NCBI RefSeq assembly: GCF_902713615.1
Contig: NC_052166.1
Coordinates: 21,637,731-21,701,730 of the forward strand
DNA length: 64,000 nt
Origin: Scyliorhinus canicula
Taxonomy: Eukaryota
Direction: 5' to 3'
The notes below the pieces were generated by a model that was not told the origin of the DNA, did no database searches, and saw only the letters and a program-made list of their open reading frames with translations. Below, in pieces: positions 1 to 12,265 of this stretch (its first letter is position 1; each line of letters starts with the position of its first letter). The translations under genes were made by a program, and so were the position numbers.

Positions 1-364
1 TAGTTGGTGTCCCTCTTAATCTTAAGAGCCTCCTCGAAATGCTGTAAGTAGATGCAATCAATAGAAACTCCCCACGCTGCTTAATTTGATCTGGAGTCTT
101 GGGCAGTTTAGTGGAAGTCTGACTTCCAGTTCAAGAGTTTTTAAACTACTCAAAAGAACATGGCAACTTTATTTGCACTGGGAGAATTTAAGTTTGAAAC
201 TCTGTAATCCTTTCTGTTCGTCTCGCTGATTTCAGGCCAGTTGTGCTGAAGAAACAATGCAACCTAGTGGCTACTTCAGGCTAAAGTCTTTTGACAACAT
301 CAATGAAAATGCAGTGCAAAACTACTCTGGGAATCCAGTATCAGGGCTGGTATATATATAGAAA

Positions 365-625
365 CTATCATAGAAAATAGAAGCAGGTGGAGGCCATTCG
401 GCCCTTTGAGCCTGCTCCGCCATTCATTACAATCATGATTGGTCATCAAGTTCAATACCCTGATGCCGTCTTCTCCCCCTTAATTCCTTTAGCCCCAAGA
501 GCTATCTCTAATTATTTCATGAAAGTACACAATGTTTTGACCCCACTCCCGTCTGTGGTAGTGAATTCCACAGATTCGCCACTTTCTGGGTTTACCCATT
601 ATTCTCAAACTATGACCCCTAGTTC
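365..625 (-). mobile_element. CR1 LINE 3' end
   Basis: ggaggccattcggccc, the reverse complement of the CR1 3' UTR. Confidence 0.75.
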
Positions 626-692
626 TGGACTCTTCTCCCCCCCCCCCCTCTCCCCCCCCCCTCCCCCCAGCCACCACCATCCGAGGGACCGA

Positions 693-1546
693 TAGTGTTG
701 AAGAAGCAGGGGACTGCTTAAGTACTTGGACAGGCTAGGAGAGTGGGCAAAGAAGTGGCAGATGGAATACAATGTGGAAAAGTGTGAGGTTGAGGTTATG
801 CACTTTGGAAGGGGGAATTTAGGCATAGACTATTTTCTAAATGGGGAAATGCTTAGAAAATCAGAAGCACAAAGGGACTTTGGAGTCCTTGTTCAAGATT
901 TCCTTAAGGTTAACACGCAAGTTCAGTCGGCAGTTCAGGAAGACAAATGCAATGTTAGCATTCATGTCGAGTGGGCTGGAATACAAGAGCAGGGATGTAC
1001 TTCTGAGGCTGTATAAGGCTCTGGTCAGATCCCATTTGGAGTATTCTGAACGGTTTTGGGCCCAGTATCGAAGGAAGGATGTGCTGGCCTTGGAAAGGGT
1101 CCAGAGGAGGTTCACAAGAATGATCCCTGGAATGAAGAGCTTGTCATTTGAGGAGCGATTGAGGAATCTGGGTCTGTTGGAGTTTAGGAGTATGAGGAGG
1201 GACCTTAGTGAAACTTGCAGGATACTGCGAGGCTAGAGTGGATGTGGAGAGGATGTTTCCGCTGGTAGGAAAAACTAGAACCAGAGGGCATAACCTCAGA
1301 CTGAAGGGACGATCCTTTAAAACAGAATTGAGGAGGAATTTCTTCAGTCAAAGGGTGGTGAATCTGTGGAACTCTATGCCGCAGAAGGCTGTGGAGGCCA
1401 AATCACTGAGCGTCTTTAAGACAGAGATCGATAGGTTCTTGTTAAAAAAGGGATCAGGGGTTATGGGCACGGGGATGAGAAAGATATCAGCCATGATTGA
1501 ATGAAGCAGACCCGATGGGATGAGTGGACTAATTCTGCTCCTATGT
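693..1546 (+). mobile_element. CR1 LINE 3' fragment
   Basis: WAKKWQMEYNVEKC, LYKALVRSHLEY, RRNFFSQRVVNLWNS; frameshifted. Confidence 0.92.
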
Positions 1547-2318
1547 CTTTTTTTCATATATAATTGGATTTTATTACAAACATGCATCAAAATAGGTAAC
1601 AGCAAATAAACATCCTGGGAAACATACTTCCCAAAAATCATCTATACAGTCTGTACCTGATACAGCTGAAGGTGCTGTATAGAGCGCACCTTACAAGAGC
1701 GAGGATGAGCCGGCTCTTGAGAGGGTAGAAGATGTGTGTGAACGTTGCCGGGGGGGGGGGGCGCAATCCACCGTGCCCTGGCGTGGCGGGGGAACCTGCT
1801 GGAATGTTTGATGCTTGAAAAGGTCAAATTTGAACTGAGCGGAAGGATGGAGTGGTTTGACAATTCATGGACGTCATTCATTATGCACTTTCGAGAATTG
1901 GATCACATCGAACATTACGGCGGGGGGGGGAATGGAGGCTGGGAGGGTTGGGGAGAGAGGGACTATGGGTGATTCCTGATTCCTTTTTGTCATTTGTTTA
2001 TGTTAACATGCGGGCTAATGTTTGGGGGTTTGGTGGGAGGATGGGATTGTGTTATTGATATGGGGATTGACATTACATTCGTTACTGATTATTGTTGGGT
2101 GTAAATTTGGGGAAAAAATGTGAAAAAGGAGAATAAAAAATATTTTAAAAAAAACTATACAGTCTGTGCAGATTTTCCCCCTTTTTCACCCCCCCCCCTC
2201 TCCCCACGACGAACAGCTCCTCAAACGTAGTCACAAAAATCCCCCACCTTTCCTCAAATTCCCCCTGAAGAGCCCTTTAACTCATACTTTATCTTCTCTA
2301 ACCGCAGGAAGTCGTACA
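1547..2318 (-). mobile_element. L1/Tx1-clade LINE 3' fragment, interrupted by a second L1/Tx1 fragment
   Basis: Poly-T start; - strand DFLRLEKIKYELKG. Confidence 0.7.
1655..2154 (+). mobile_element. L1/Tx1-clade LINE 3' fragment
   Basis: LMLEKVKFELSGR..W..F ORF2 C-terminus; AATAAA plus A-tail; 13-bp TSD ctatacagtctgt at 1642-1654 and 2155-2167. Confidence 0.85.
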
Positions 2319-2588
2319 GGTTTAGCACTGTTGCTTCACAGTGTCAGGGACCCGGGTTCGACTCTGGGCTTGGGTCACTGTGCAGAGTCTGCATGTTCTC
2401 CCAGTGTCTGCATGGGTTTCCTCTGGATGCTCCGGTTTCCTCCCACAAGTCCCGAAAGACATTCTGAATTCTCCCTCGGTGTACCCGAACAGCCACCATA
2501 GTGTGGCGTCTCGGAGATTTTCACAGTAACTTAATTGCAGTGTTAATGTAAGCCTACATGTCGTGACACTAATAAAGATTATTATTAT
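2319..2588 (+). mobile_element. V-SINE variant with (ATT)n tail
   Basis: tRNA B-box and V-domain; tail gtgttaatgtaagcctac..aataaagattattattat; same type at about 50386-50672. Confidence 0.8.
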
Positions 2589-2599
2589 CCCAAATCCCA

Positions 2600-3170
2600 C
2601 TAAAGCATCTCTGCATCCTCCTCACAGTTCACCCTCCCACCCAACTTTGTATGATCTGCAAATTTGGAGAAACTACATTTAGTTCCCTCGTCCAAATCAT
2701 TAATATATAATGTGAACAGTTGGGGTCCTAGCACAGATCCCTGTGACACCCCACTAGTCACTGACTGGCAATTGTAAAACAACCCACTTATTCGGACTTT
2801 TTGTTACCTGGTTGCTAACCACTTTTCTATCCATCTCCAGACACTACCCACAACCCCATGCGCTTTAACTTTACATAGTAATCTTCTATTTGAAACCTTG
2901 TTGAAAGTCTAAATAAACCACATCCATATGGTCAACTCTACTAGTTATATCTTCAAAGAATTCCAGTAGATTTGTCGAGCATGATTTCCTTTTCGTAAAT
3001 CCATGCTGACTTTGTCTGATTATACTACTGCTGTCCAAATGCTGTGCTATGAAATCCTTGATAATGGACTCTATCAACTTCCCCACTAGCGATGTTAGGT
3101 TCACTGGTCTATAGTTCCCGGTTTTCTCTCAACCCCACTATTCAAAAAGGGAGGTAATGTTAGTTACCTC
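2600..3170 (-). mobile_element. CR1 LINE RT fragment
   Basis: SGVSQGSVLGPQLFTLYINDL..KFADHTK; QHGF..SC.TNL. Confidence 0.9.
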
Positions 3171-3177
3171 CTTTAGA

Positions 3178-3786
3178 GGGGTGGCAAGATGGTGCAGTGG
3201 TTAGCACCGCTGCCTCAAGGCGCCAAGGACGCCGGTTTGATCCCAGTCCTGGGTCGTGGCTGTGTAGAGTTTGCACATTCTCCCCATCTGCGTGGGTCTC
3301 ACCCCCACAACCTAAACATGTGCAGGGTAGGTGGATTGCCCATGCTAAATTGCCCCGTAATTGGAAAAAGCACTTTGTTGAAGCATAATAGAGGGAGATT
3401 TACTCTCCTAACAATGCTCCTTGTCTGACCCGAGCTCTTGATGCCGATATGGGGTTTCTGAAATAGGAAGGTTTCTTTTCGTCAGTGCTAATTTTCAGCA
3501 CAAAATATTACAGATGAAATACTACATTTAATTTGGATTTTCTAGGGCAGCACGGTGGCTCAGTGATTAGCCCTGCTGTCTCACGGCGCTGAGGACCCAT
3601 GTTCGATCCTGGCCCTGGGTCACTGTCCGTGTGGACTTTGCACATTCTCCCTGTGTCTCCTTGGGTCTCACACCCGCAACCCAAAGATGTGCAGGTTAGG
3701 TGGATTAGCCACGCTAAATTGCCCCTTAATTGGGGGGGGGGGGGGAGGAAACTGAATTGGGTACTCTAAGTTTAAAGACAAAATTA
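3178..3786 (+). mobile_element. Two V-SINE copies (about 3178-3369 and 3545-3786)
   Basis: tRNA heads and V-domains; the second is flanked by taatt(t/g)ggattttc repeats. Confidence 0.8.
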
Positions 3787-5024
3787 TAATTGGGATTTTC
3801 ATATTTAACATTCAATTTTTGTCAGGGGTTCCTCAGTTTCTGTTCGTTGCGGCTTCCTGATTCATAATGTGGATCTTTGTGGGGGAGTGGAGGGAACTAT
3901 GCATAAAATTTTAAACCTGCTGATGTTGGCATTTATCCATCAAATAATGTAGCAGTATTCAGAACAGTTATTTGCAAATGTTCAGATTCATAAATTTCAG
4001 ATTGGTTTGCATATTACCTAAGCAGCAAAGCTTAGATTTATAGACATAAATTTTATTAGGGAGAAAGGGATAGAAGGTTACACTGATTGGGTCAGGGTGA
4101 AGAGGGTTGGAGAATGTGACTCATGTGGAACATAGTTGAACTGAATAGTCTGTTTCTGTGCTATACTTTGCTCAATAAAAAAAAATATATACACGTATAT
4201 AATTGGGTGGTTTGTAAAATATGTTGCTATGTATGTGGGATAGCATTCTTGTTGGTTCTGTGTCACGTGATGTGTAGTGATGTCAGCAGAGTGTTTGCAC
4301 GGACTTTGATTGTATCAACAACAGCTTTAATAAACCTCTCATCGTGTTTTACAAGAACCAGAGTATGGGCACTTCTATACCGTTTCTCTTTGCAGCAGCA
4401 AAGAAATGTAACAGAAGAGAAACTGGCAATAAGGATTGAGGCAGAAAAATCGCTGGAAAGAACATTTTTGTCAACTTATTGTGGGATGGCATCGGGAGCA
4501 ATGGAACATTCTCTGGTTCGGGCATGTGCACACAGACATCGGGCAAAGCACCCCTGCAATGCGAAGGTTTGACAGAAATCTTCGACAGCAACTGTGAGTA
4601 AGAAAACCGACAGTCAGGGAAGACTTGGCATCGAAGTGACTGGGTTCTGGGCTGCAGGCAGCGCACACCAGAGTTTCAAAGTTTGCCGACTCTGCTCGTG
4701 CCACTACTTGGTAGAAAAGTCGAAATACTCAGGCATAAAAGGGAAGATTTTCTAGTTGCTTGTTCAAGGGATTGTTTGTGTCCTACTTTCCAACGCAGTC
4801 GGAAGGGAGGAAGTGTAGATTCTAGGAGCTGGGATCCAAAGAAATGGCTGGAAAAATGACCGCCTTGGATGTGTTTGATGAAGATTATGAAACATGGAAT
4901 TCCTATGAAGAAAGATTCCAATTGTTTTTAATAAGCAATCAGACACCGGAGGACCTAAAGGTCAAAACATTTCCCGGCTTTTTTGGCTGTAATATGTTTA
5001 TGCTGCTACAGAATCCTGTTCATC

Positions 5025-5437
5025 GGGCAGCACGCTGACGCAGTTGTTAGCACTGCTGCATCACGGCGTTGAGGAACTGGGTTCAATCCTGGCCCTGGGT
5101 TTCTGTCCGTGTGGAGTTTGTACATTCTCCCCGTATCTGCGTGGGTCTCACCACCACAACCCAAAGATATCGGGGTCGACGGATTGGCCACGCCAAATTG
5201 CCCCTTAAATGAAATGAAAATCGCTTATTGTCACGAGTAGGCTTCAATGAAGTTACTGTGAAAAGCCCCTAGTCGTCACATTCCGGCGCCTGTTCGGGGA
5301 GGCTGATACGGGAATCGAACCGTGCTGCTGGCCTGCTTGGTCTGCTTTAAAAGCCAGCGATTTAGCCCAGTGAGCTAAATCAGCCCCTGAATTGGGGGAT
5401 AAAAAGAATTGGGTACTGTAAATATATATTTTTTAAA
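5025..5437 (+). mobile_element. tRNA-derived V-SINE with A/T-rich tail, holding a nested short SINE (about 5208-5388, -)
   Basis: GGGCAGCACG head; 13-bp TSD aatcctgttcatc at 5012-5024 and 5438-5450. Confidence 0.85.
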
Positions 5438-5913
5438 AATCCTGTTCATCCAGCAAAACCCAGAGACTAGTCCTTCAGCGAATGAATGAAAATCTTGGAG
5501 GGACATTTCTCTCCTAAACTGTTATTGATTCTGATTCCACCGCCAGAGCCAGGAAGAAGGTGAAACCATTTTGGTTTACAGCTTCTTTAAGACAATTAGC
5601 GAGATATTGTGAATTTGGTGTCACACTTGAATACTCTTCGAGACAAGTTGGGTTGTGGATTATGCAGTGAAGCTATTCTGAGGAAGCTGCTTATTGTAAG
5701 TCATTTAACTCCAAAAGCTGCTTTGGAAGTTGCCACGTCTGTAGAGTTTGCAACGAGTGAAGCTTCGCAGATGGGGGGCTGGAGTGAATGGATACCTCAA
5801 GGAACAAGGTTGCGAAGGTGCAACTATATCGCTGTTGTACACAGGTTAGATACTCAGCAGGAAAATGCTGGAATAAATCGAATATATGTAAAGACTGTGG
5901 CAAGAAAGACCAT

Positions 5914-6611
5914 GGGCGAAATTCTCCCCTACCCGGCGGGCCGGGGGGTCCCGGCGTAGCGGAGTGGCGCCATCCACTCCGGCGTTGGGCCTCCCCAAAG
6001 GTGCGGAATTCTCTGCACCTTTTGGGGCCAAGCCCTCACATTGAGGGGCTAGGACCGCGCCGGAGCGGTTGGCACCACACCGACTGGCGGCAAAACCGGC
6101 AACAACGGTGACGCCTGGCACCGGGGCTGGCCGAAAGGCCTTTGCCGGTTCGCGCATGCGCCGGTGCGTCAGCTGGGGGATTCTCTTCCACCTCCGCCAT
6201 GGTGGAGGCCGTGGCGGCGGCGGAAGAAAAAGAGTGCCCCCACGGTACTGGCCCACCGGCCGATCGGTGGGCCGCGATTGCGGGCCTGGTCACCGTGGGG
6301 GCACCCCCGGGGTCGATCGCCCCGCGCCCCCCCAGGACCCCGGGGGCCCGCTTGCGCCGCCGATCCTGCCGGCACAGAGGTGGTTCAAACCACGGCGGCG
6401 GGAGAGGCCTCTCAACGGTGGGACTTCGGCCCATCTGGGCCGGAGAATAACGGCAGCACAGAAATCCTTAGCCTCCCGCCGGCCCCCGCCATTCTCCGAG
6501 GCGGGCGGCGGGATTGGCAGCACGCCGACGTTTTGCGGGTGGGAGAATTCTGGACATGGCGGGGGCGGGATTTTCGGCAGCCACGGGCGATTCTCCGACC
6601 CCCAGCACCCC
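5914..6611. mobile_element. GC-rich non-autonomous element (MITE-like, possibly Harbinger-type) inserted in Gypsy gag
   Basis: Starts GGGCGAAATTCTCC; very CpG-rich; internal GGAGAAT/ATTCTCC motifs; splits the zinc knuckle between ..KKDH and IAKV.. Confidence 0.7.
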
Positions 6612-7928
6612 TATATTGCCAAAGTGGGCTGGGATCTGAAAACTACTTCTACACCAAGAAGAACAACACAAGTGAACAATCTCGTAGTGTCTATAAATTA
6701 GTGGATGAAGCTCAATATCACTCAAAAAGCAAGAGCTTAAGTTTGGTGTTTTCCCTATGCTCGGTGGTCATCAACATTTTTGGGCATGTCCAAAACTTTA
6801 CAGTCATGAAATTAAAGTGGAAAGGGGTACGGGTGCAGCAGTGGCACTCATATTTGAAACAATTTATCATCAAAAGCTGAAGCATCTACCTTTAAAACCT
6901 TTAAAAATGTGATCCTAAGAATGTACACTGAAGAGGTTGTGCCATTAAAAGCATGCATTATAGTGAAAGTAGAAGCAAATGGGCAGACAGCGAAGTTGCT
7001 TCTTCACATTGTCCATGGAAACTTTCCTTCTCTATTTGGCAGAGCAGGTTGGCTAAGATTAGACTTAACTGGGAAACAGTCAATCAATTAGTGAACTTGC
7101 AACAACTTCTGAAGTAGTGTGAGAAAGTGTTTGGCTTTATAACTGGAGTTGAGCTACAACTCAAAGCTAGAATCAGACCATATGCCATCAAACCTAAAGC
7201 TGAAGAAGAGCTAGAAAGATTAGTCAGGACAGGAGTCATTGAACGTATTGCTACAAGTGATTTGGTGACACCAATCGTAACGGGATGGCTCTGAGAATTT
7301 GTGGAAATTAAAAAATACTATTGACCCAGTTTTGTGCGTAGATAATTATCCACTACCGCTGATTGAAGACTTGTTTGCTGGATGTTCTGGAGGACAGAAA
7401 TTCAGTAAAATTTATTTTAAAAGGCACATCTGCAGTTGAATGTAGCTGCTGAATTGCAGCCACTACCCACCGTCGTAAGGCACAAAGTTCTCTTTCGTTA
7501 CAGAAGACTTCCTTTTGGAATAACATCTGCGCCTGCTCTTTTTCAATGGTCTACGGTTCATATTCTAAGTGGGTTGAATGGAGTGCAATGTTATTTAGGT
7601 GACATATGCATCACTGGTTCAAGTGGTTACTGATGCACATCCTGAGAGTTAAGAAGGCAAAGTTGTAACTTTTTCAAGTCATCCATAAATTACCTTGGCC
7701 ATATCATCGACAGAGATGGTTTACAAAAGAACCTGGTTCTGAGAAGCACCACATCCTCAAAATGTGACACAATAAAGTAGTTTTTCAGATTGATGGATTA
7801 ATATGGTCAATTTGTGTTGAATTAAGCAACACGATTGCAGCATTTACATACTTTGCTATGTGTCAAACAGACAATGCACTGATCAGAAGAATGCGAAAAT
7901 GCAATGAATTGAAAGAAGTTTAGAGGAC

Positions 7929-8280
7929 AGTAAGAAGACCAGGCTAAAATCCAATAGGTTAATTTGGAATCACTAGCTTTCGGAGCGTAGATCCTTCATC
8001 AGGTGAGCAAAGAGGCAGGTAATTAAATCTTTACAGGTCCAGAAGGTGCATCTCCAGTTGCACCATCTGGACCTGTAAAGATTTAATTACCTGCAGACCC
8101 GCATTCAATGTATCATCTTGCATCATTGGTTTTGTCTATATATGTGTTTGTGTAACCTACCTCTTCACTCACCTGATGAAGGAGCTACGCTCCAAAAGCT
8201 AGTGACCTGTTGGATTTTAACCTTGTATTGTAAGACTTCTTACTGTGCCCACTCCTGTCCAACGCCGGCATCTCCACATC
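7929..8280. mobile_element. Penelope-like inverted pseudo-LTR pair with hammerhead motifs
   Basis: Inverted arms. On - (7971-8007): CTGATGA-aggatctacgctcc-GAAA-gcta. On + (8168-8204) the copy has GAAA changed to AAAA. Imperfect TSD aagtttagag. Confidence 0.75.
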
Positions 8281-8744
8281 AAGTTTAGAGAGGTCAGAGC
8301 TGTTGGTTCACTATAATCGCAAGCTGAAGTTACAATTAGCTTGCGATGCCTCGCCCTATGGCGTTTATGCAGCTGTTTCACACATTATGCCTTGAGGAGA
8401 GGAACAATCAATACCATTTGCTTCACACACTCTTACTAGCACAGAAATGATTTGTGCTCATCCAGGAAAAAAAGGCTTTTGAGCATAAGATTTTGGTGTA
8501 AGAAGGTTGCACCATAACCTTTATCAGCCTCATTGACAGACCATCGACCCTTGATAACAATCTTTGGTCCAAAAAAAGGTTTACCATCTTTGGCAGCTAG
8601 TAGATTGCAAAGATGGTCATTTGATATTGTCAGCACACACTGTCCACTACCGCAAGCCCGAGCAGCATGAAAATGTTGATGCTGGTACAAGTCGAGCATG
8701 ACCCAGAAGAACATTTTGTCAATATTTTGCATTTGCCACTCGTG

Positions 8745-9646
8745 GATAGCGTACCTGTGAGTAAATTTGCAGATGACACTAAAGTCAGTGGAGTTGTGGA
8801 CATTGCGGAAGGATGTTATAAGTTACAGAGGGACATAGATAAGCTGCAGAGCTGGGCTGAGGTGGCAAATGGAGTTTAATGCAGAAAAGTGTGAGGTGAT
8901 TCATTTTGGAAGGAATAACAGGAAGATAGAGTACTGGGCTAATGGTAAGATTCTTGGCAGTGTGGATGAGCAGAGAGATATCGGTGTCCATGTACATAGA
9001 TCCCTGAGAGTTGCCACCCAGGTTGAGAGGGTTGTTAAGAAGGCGTATGGTGTGTTAGCTTTTATTGGTAGAGGGATTGAGTTTCGGAGCCATGAGGTCA
9101 TGATGCAGCTGTACAAAACTCTGGTGCGGCCGCATTTGGAGTATTGCGTGCAATTCTGGTCGCCGCATTATAGGAAAGATGTGGAAGCATTGGAAAGGGT
9201 GCAGAGGAGATTTACCAGAATGTTGCCTGGTATGGAGGGAAGATCTTATGAGGAAAGGCTGAGGGACTTGAGGCTGTTTTCGTTAGAGAGAAGAAGGTTA
9301 AGAGGTGACTTAATTGAGGCATACAAGATGATCAGAGGATTAGATAGGGTGGACAGTGAGAGCCTTTTTCCTCGGATGGTGATGTCTAGCACGAGGGGAC
9401 ATAGCTTTAAATTGAGGGGAGATAGATATAGGACAGATGTCAAGAGGTAGGTTCTTTACTCGGAGAGTAGTAAGGGCGTAGAATGCCCTGCCTGCAACAG
9501 TAGTAGACTCGCCAACACTAAGGGCATTCAAATGGTCATTGGATAGACATGTGGATGATAATGTTGATGGGCTTTAGAGTGGTTTCACAGGTCGGCGCAA
9601 CATTGAGGGCCGAAGGGCCTGTACTGCGCTGTAATGTTCTATGTTC
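8745..9646 (+). mobile_element. CR1/HER1 LINE 3' fragment (young)
   Basis: ORF 8869-9450 with LYKTLVRPHLEYCVQFWSP; KFADDTK upstream; gttctatgttc tail. Confidence 0.92.
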
Positions 9647-11009
9647 ATCTCCAGTTCAAAGATTATACAAGAACTGATCCAGTGATGGGGAAGGTGATGG
9701 ATCTGCTCCAGAAAGGAATGCTGTCAGTCATTCATAGGAAAAGTCCAGACCTTGGACCCTACATCACATGAAGACTTGAGTTGAAATTGTAGAATAGAGT
9801 TCTATTGTGGGGAATCTGTGTGGTTATTCTTCCGTGCTTGCGTAATAGAGTCCTTCACCAACTGCATGATGGCCATCCTGGTATCGTGAGGATGAAGGAA
9901 TTAGAACATTAGTGGCCAGGATTAGATGCTCAAATTGAAGAGAAAGTTGGACAATGCCAATCTTGTGCAAAATTAAGCAACAGTCCTCCATTACATCTGT
10001 GGGAATGGACTACTCAGCCATGGCAGAGAATACACATTGGTTATGCTGATCCACTGGAGGGACACATGTTCTTCGTGATTGTGGACTTGCACTCAATGGT
10101 CAGAATTTGTGATAATGAAGTCAACGACGACTGACTGAGCAGACCATTGAAAATCTAGACTACATATTTGCAAGATTTAGAACACTGGAGCAGATTGTCA
10201 GTGATAATAGTAAGCAGTTCAATTTGAAGGACTGTAAGAAGTCTTACAACACCAGGTTAAAGTCCAACATGTTTGTTTCAAACACTAGCTTTCGGAGCAC
10301 TGCTCCTTCCTCAGGTGAATGAAGAGGTAGGTTCCAGAAACACATATATAGACAAAGTCAAAGATGCAGGCAATCCTTTGAATGCGAGCATTTCCAGGTA
10401 ATTAAGTTTTTACAGATCCAGAGAGAGGGGTAATCCCAGGTTAAAGAGGTGTGAATTGTCTCAAGACACGCCAGTTGGTAGGATTTCACAAACCCAGGCC
10501 AGATGGTGGGGGGTGAATGTAATGCGACATGAATCCAAGGTCCCGGTTGAGGCGGTACTCGTGTGTGGAACTTGGCTTTAAGTTTCTGCTCGGCGATTCT
10601 GTCGCGCATCATGAAGGCTGCCTTGGAGAACACTTACCCGAAGATCGGGGGCTGAATGCTCTTGACTGCTGAAGTGTTCCCCGACTGGAAGGGAACATTC
10701 CTGCCTGGCGATTGTCTGATGACATAATTAAAAACAAAACCTTAGCTCTGGTTGTCTAGTTTGTTTTCTCTAATCCCAACTATGAGTCAACAATCAGTGA
10801 TAATAGCCCACCCTCCTCAAGCTGCGATAAGAGTCACCAGGCAACAATTCAATGCTATAACTCTAACTTTTAATATGGCAGTAAATGTAATCATGCTAGC
10901 TAGATATCAGTATCCCAAAACAGCATATTAGCAAAATTTCTCTAACTGATTTGCATATTAAGGCTGAGTGGGCAAGGGGTCATTTATCTTTCCCGTTTTT
11001 ACTACACAC

Positions 11010-11090
11010 CGAATTGAACAGCTCCTTGGTCAGGCCCAGATAGTTGTGAAATGCCAGGAAGGTCACTCTCTGCAAGCGCACCAAGATTAT
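11010..11090 (-). pseudogene. Orphan PNPLA6/PNPLA7-type exon with native intron flanks, inside a Penelope-like insertion
   Basis: On -: gtaac..tgtgctttctcttcttctcag|[27 protein letters not shown]|gtgtgt; 81 nt, phase 0-0; matches the NTE family [24 protein letters not shown]. Confidence 0.88.
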
Positions 11091-11415
11091 CTGAGAAGAA
11101 GAGAAAGCACAGTTACTCTCCGGGTCCCATCAATGTTGGTAACATTTCTTAAGAGCACACTGGTAGATGCGGAGTTAAATCCACGCGAACTCTGAAAACG
11201 TGTCCAACGATACAATTACAGATTTCCTTCTTCCGAATTGGAGTTGTAAATGGAAATCATGCCTGGAGCTACATAAGAACACAAATTCTAACGATGAACT
11301 CAGAAAGAAGTCTTACAACACCATGTTAAAGACCAACAGGTTTGTTTCCAATCACTAGCTCAGGTTCACCTGAGGAAGGAGCAGTGCTCCGAAAGCTAGT
11401 GATTTGAAACAAACC

Positions 11416-11750
11416 TAGAATCATAGAATTTACAGTGCAGAAGGAGACCATTTGGCCCATCGAGTCTGCACCGGCTCTTGGAAAGGGCACCCTACCCAAG
11501 CCCACATCTCCACTCTATCCCCATAACCCAGTAATCCTACCCAGCATTAAGGGCAATTTTGGACACTAAGGGCAATTTACCTAACCACATCTTTGGACTG
11601 TGGGAGGAAACCGGAACACCTGGAGGAAACCCACGTACACACTGGGAGAACGTGCAGACTCTGCACAGACAGTGAACCAAGCCGGGAATCGAACCTGGGA
11701 CCCTGGAGCTGTGAAGCAATTGTGCTAACCACTATGCTACCATGCTGCCC
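11416..11750 (-). mobile_element. HE1-type V-SINE nested in a PLE pseudo-LTR
   Basis: GGGCAGCATGG head, B-box GGTTCGATTCC, V-domain, ttctatg tail. Confidence 0.9.
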
Positions 11751-12265
11751 TGTTGCTTTTTAACCTGGTGTTGTAAGACTTCTTACTGTGCTCACCCCAG
11801 TCCAACGCATACATCGCCACATCACTTTGTAGGAGTTTGAGGACTAGAAAAGTCTCCATGTCATCCAGCAATGAATGGATTGGCTAAGTGCTTTATGCAA
11901 TCATCAAAGCATTCTATCAAAGTGTTGAAACACCAGGGGATATTGCGAGAATATATTCCTAATGCTGTTCAAGAGGAAACTACAAACCGTTTGATTTGTT
12001 AACTCCACCTGACACTTCAGAGATTGTCAAACAACAAACACAAATTGCTAGGATGGAGAAAATCTCTTAAAAAGCAAGTATTCAACCAGGGAGAAAGAGT
12101 TCTAGCGAAGAATCACCATGAAAAAATAGGCACCAGCAATGATCCTAGCAAAGACTGTTCTGATATCATACACCATACAGATGGATGACAAGAGTTTGGC
12201 GACATCATACTGATCAGTTACTTGCTGCACAAGGTAAGTTTGCAGACAGTTCTCAAGATGTTCTA

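Larger units (their letters stand above)
10232..11822 (-). mobile_element. Penelope-like composite insertion: PLE 3' end, captured host DNA, inverted pseudo-LTR
   Basis: GIY-YIG C-terminal remnant (RIAEQKLKAKF); intact hammerheads at 10283-10319 (-) and 11365-11401 (+); imperfect TSD caatttgaagga / cactttgtagga; Gypsy integrase sequence resumes on both sides. Confidence 0.8.

Noticed and set aside
11-30. ctcttaatcttaagagcc resembling a histone 3' stem-loop
   Set aside because: Stem and loop geometry do not fit, and no histone CDS context is visible.
5846-6880. Long overlapping ORFs (up to 238 aa) on both strands
   Set aside because: Stop-poor GC-rich repeat giving low-complexity P/G/R/A translations with no recognisable domain.
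8869-9450. Intact 193-aa ORF
   Set aside because: C-terminal part of CR1 ORF2 in a 5'-truncated copy, not a host gene.
11010-11090. Exon of a real minus-strand PNPLA gene overlapping DPH7
   Set aside because: It sits inside a TSD-bounded PLE insert within a Gypsy integrase, and no other PNPLA exons were seen on that strand. Not formally excluded without reads.
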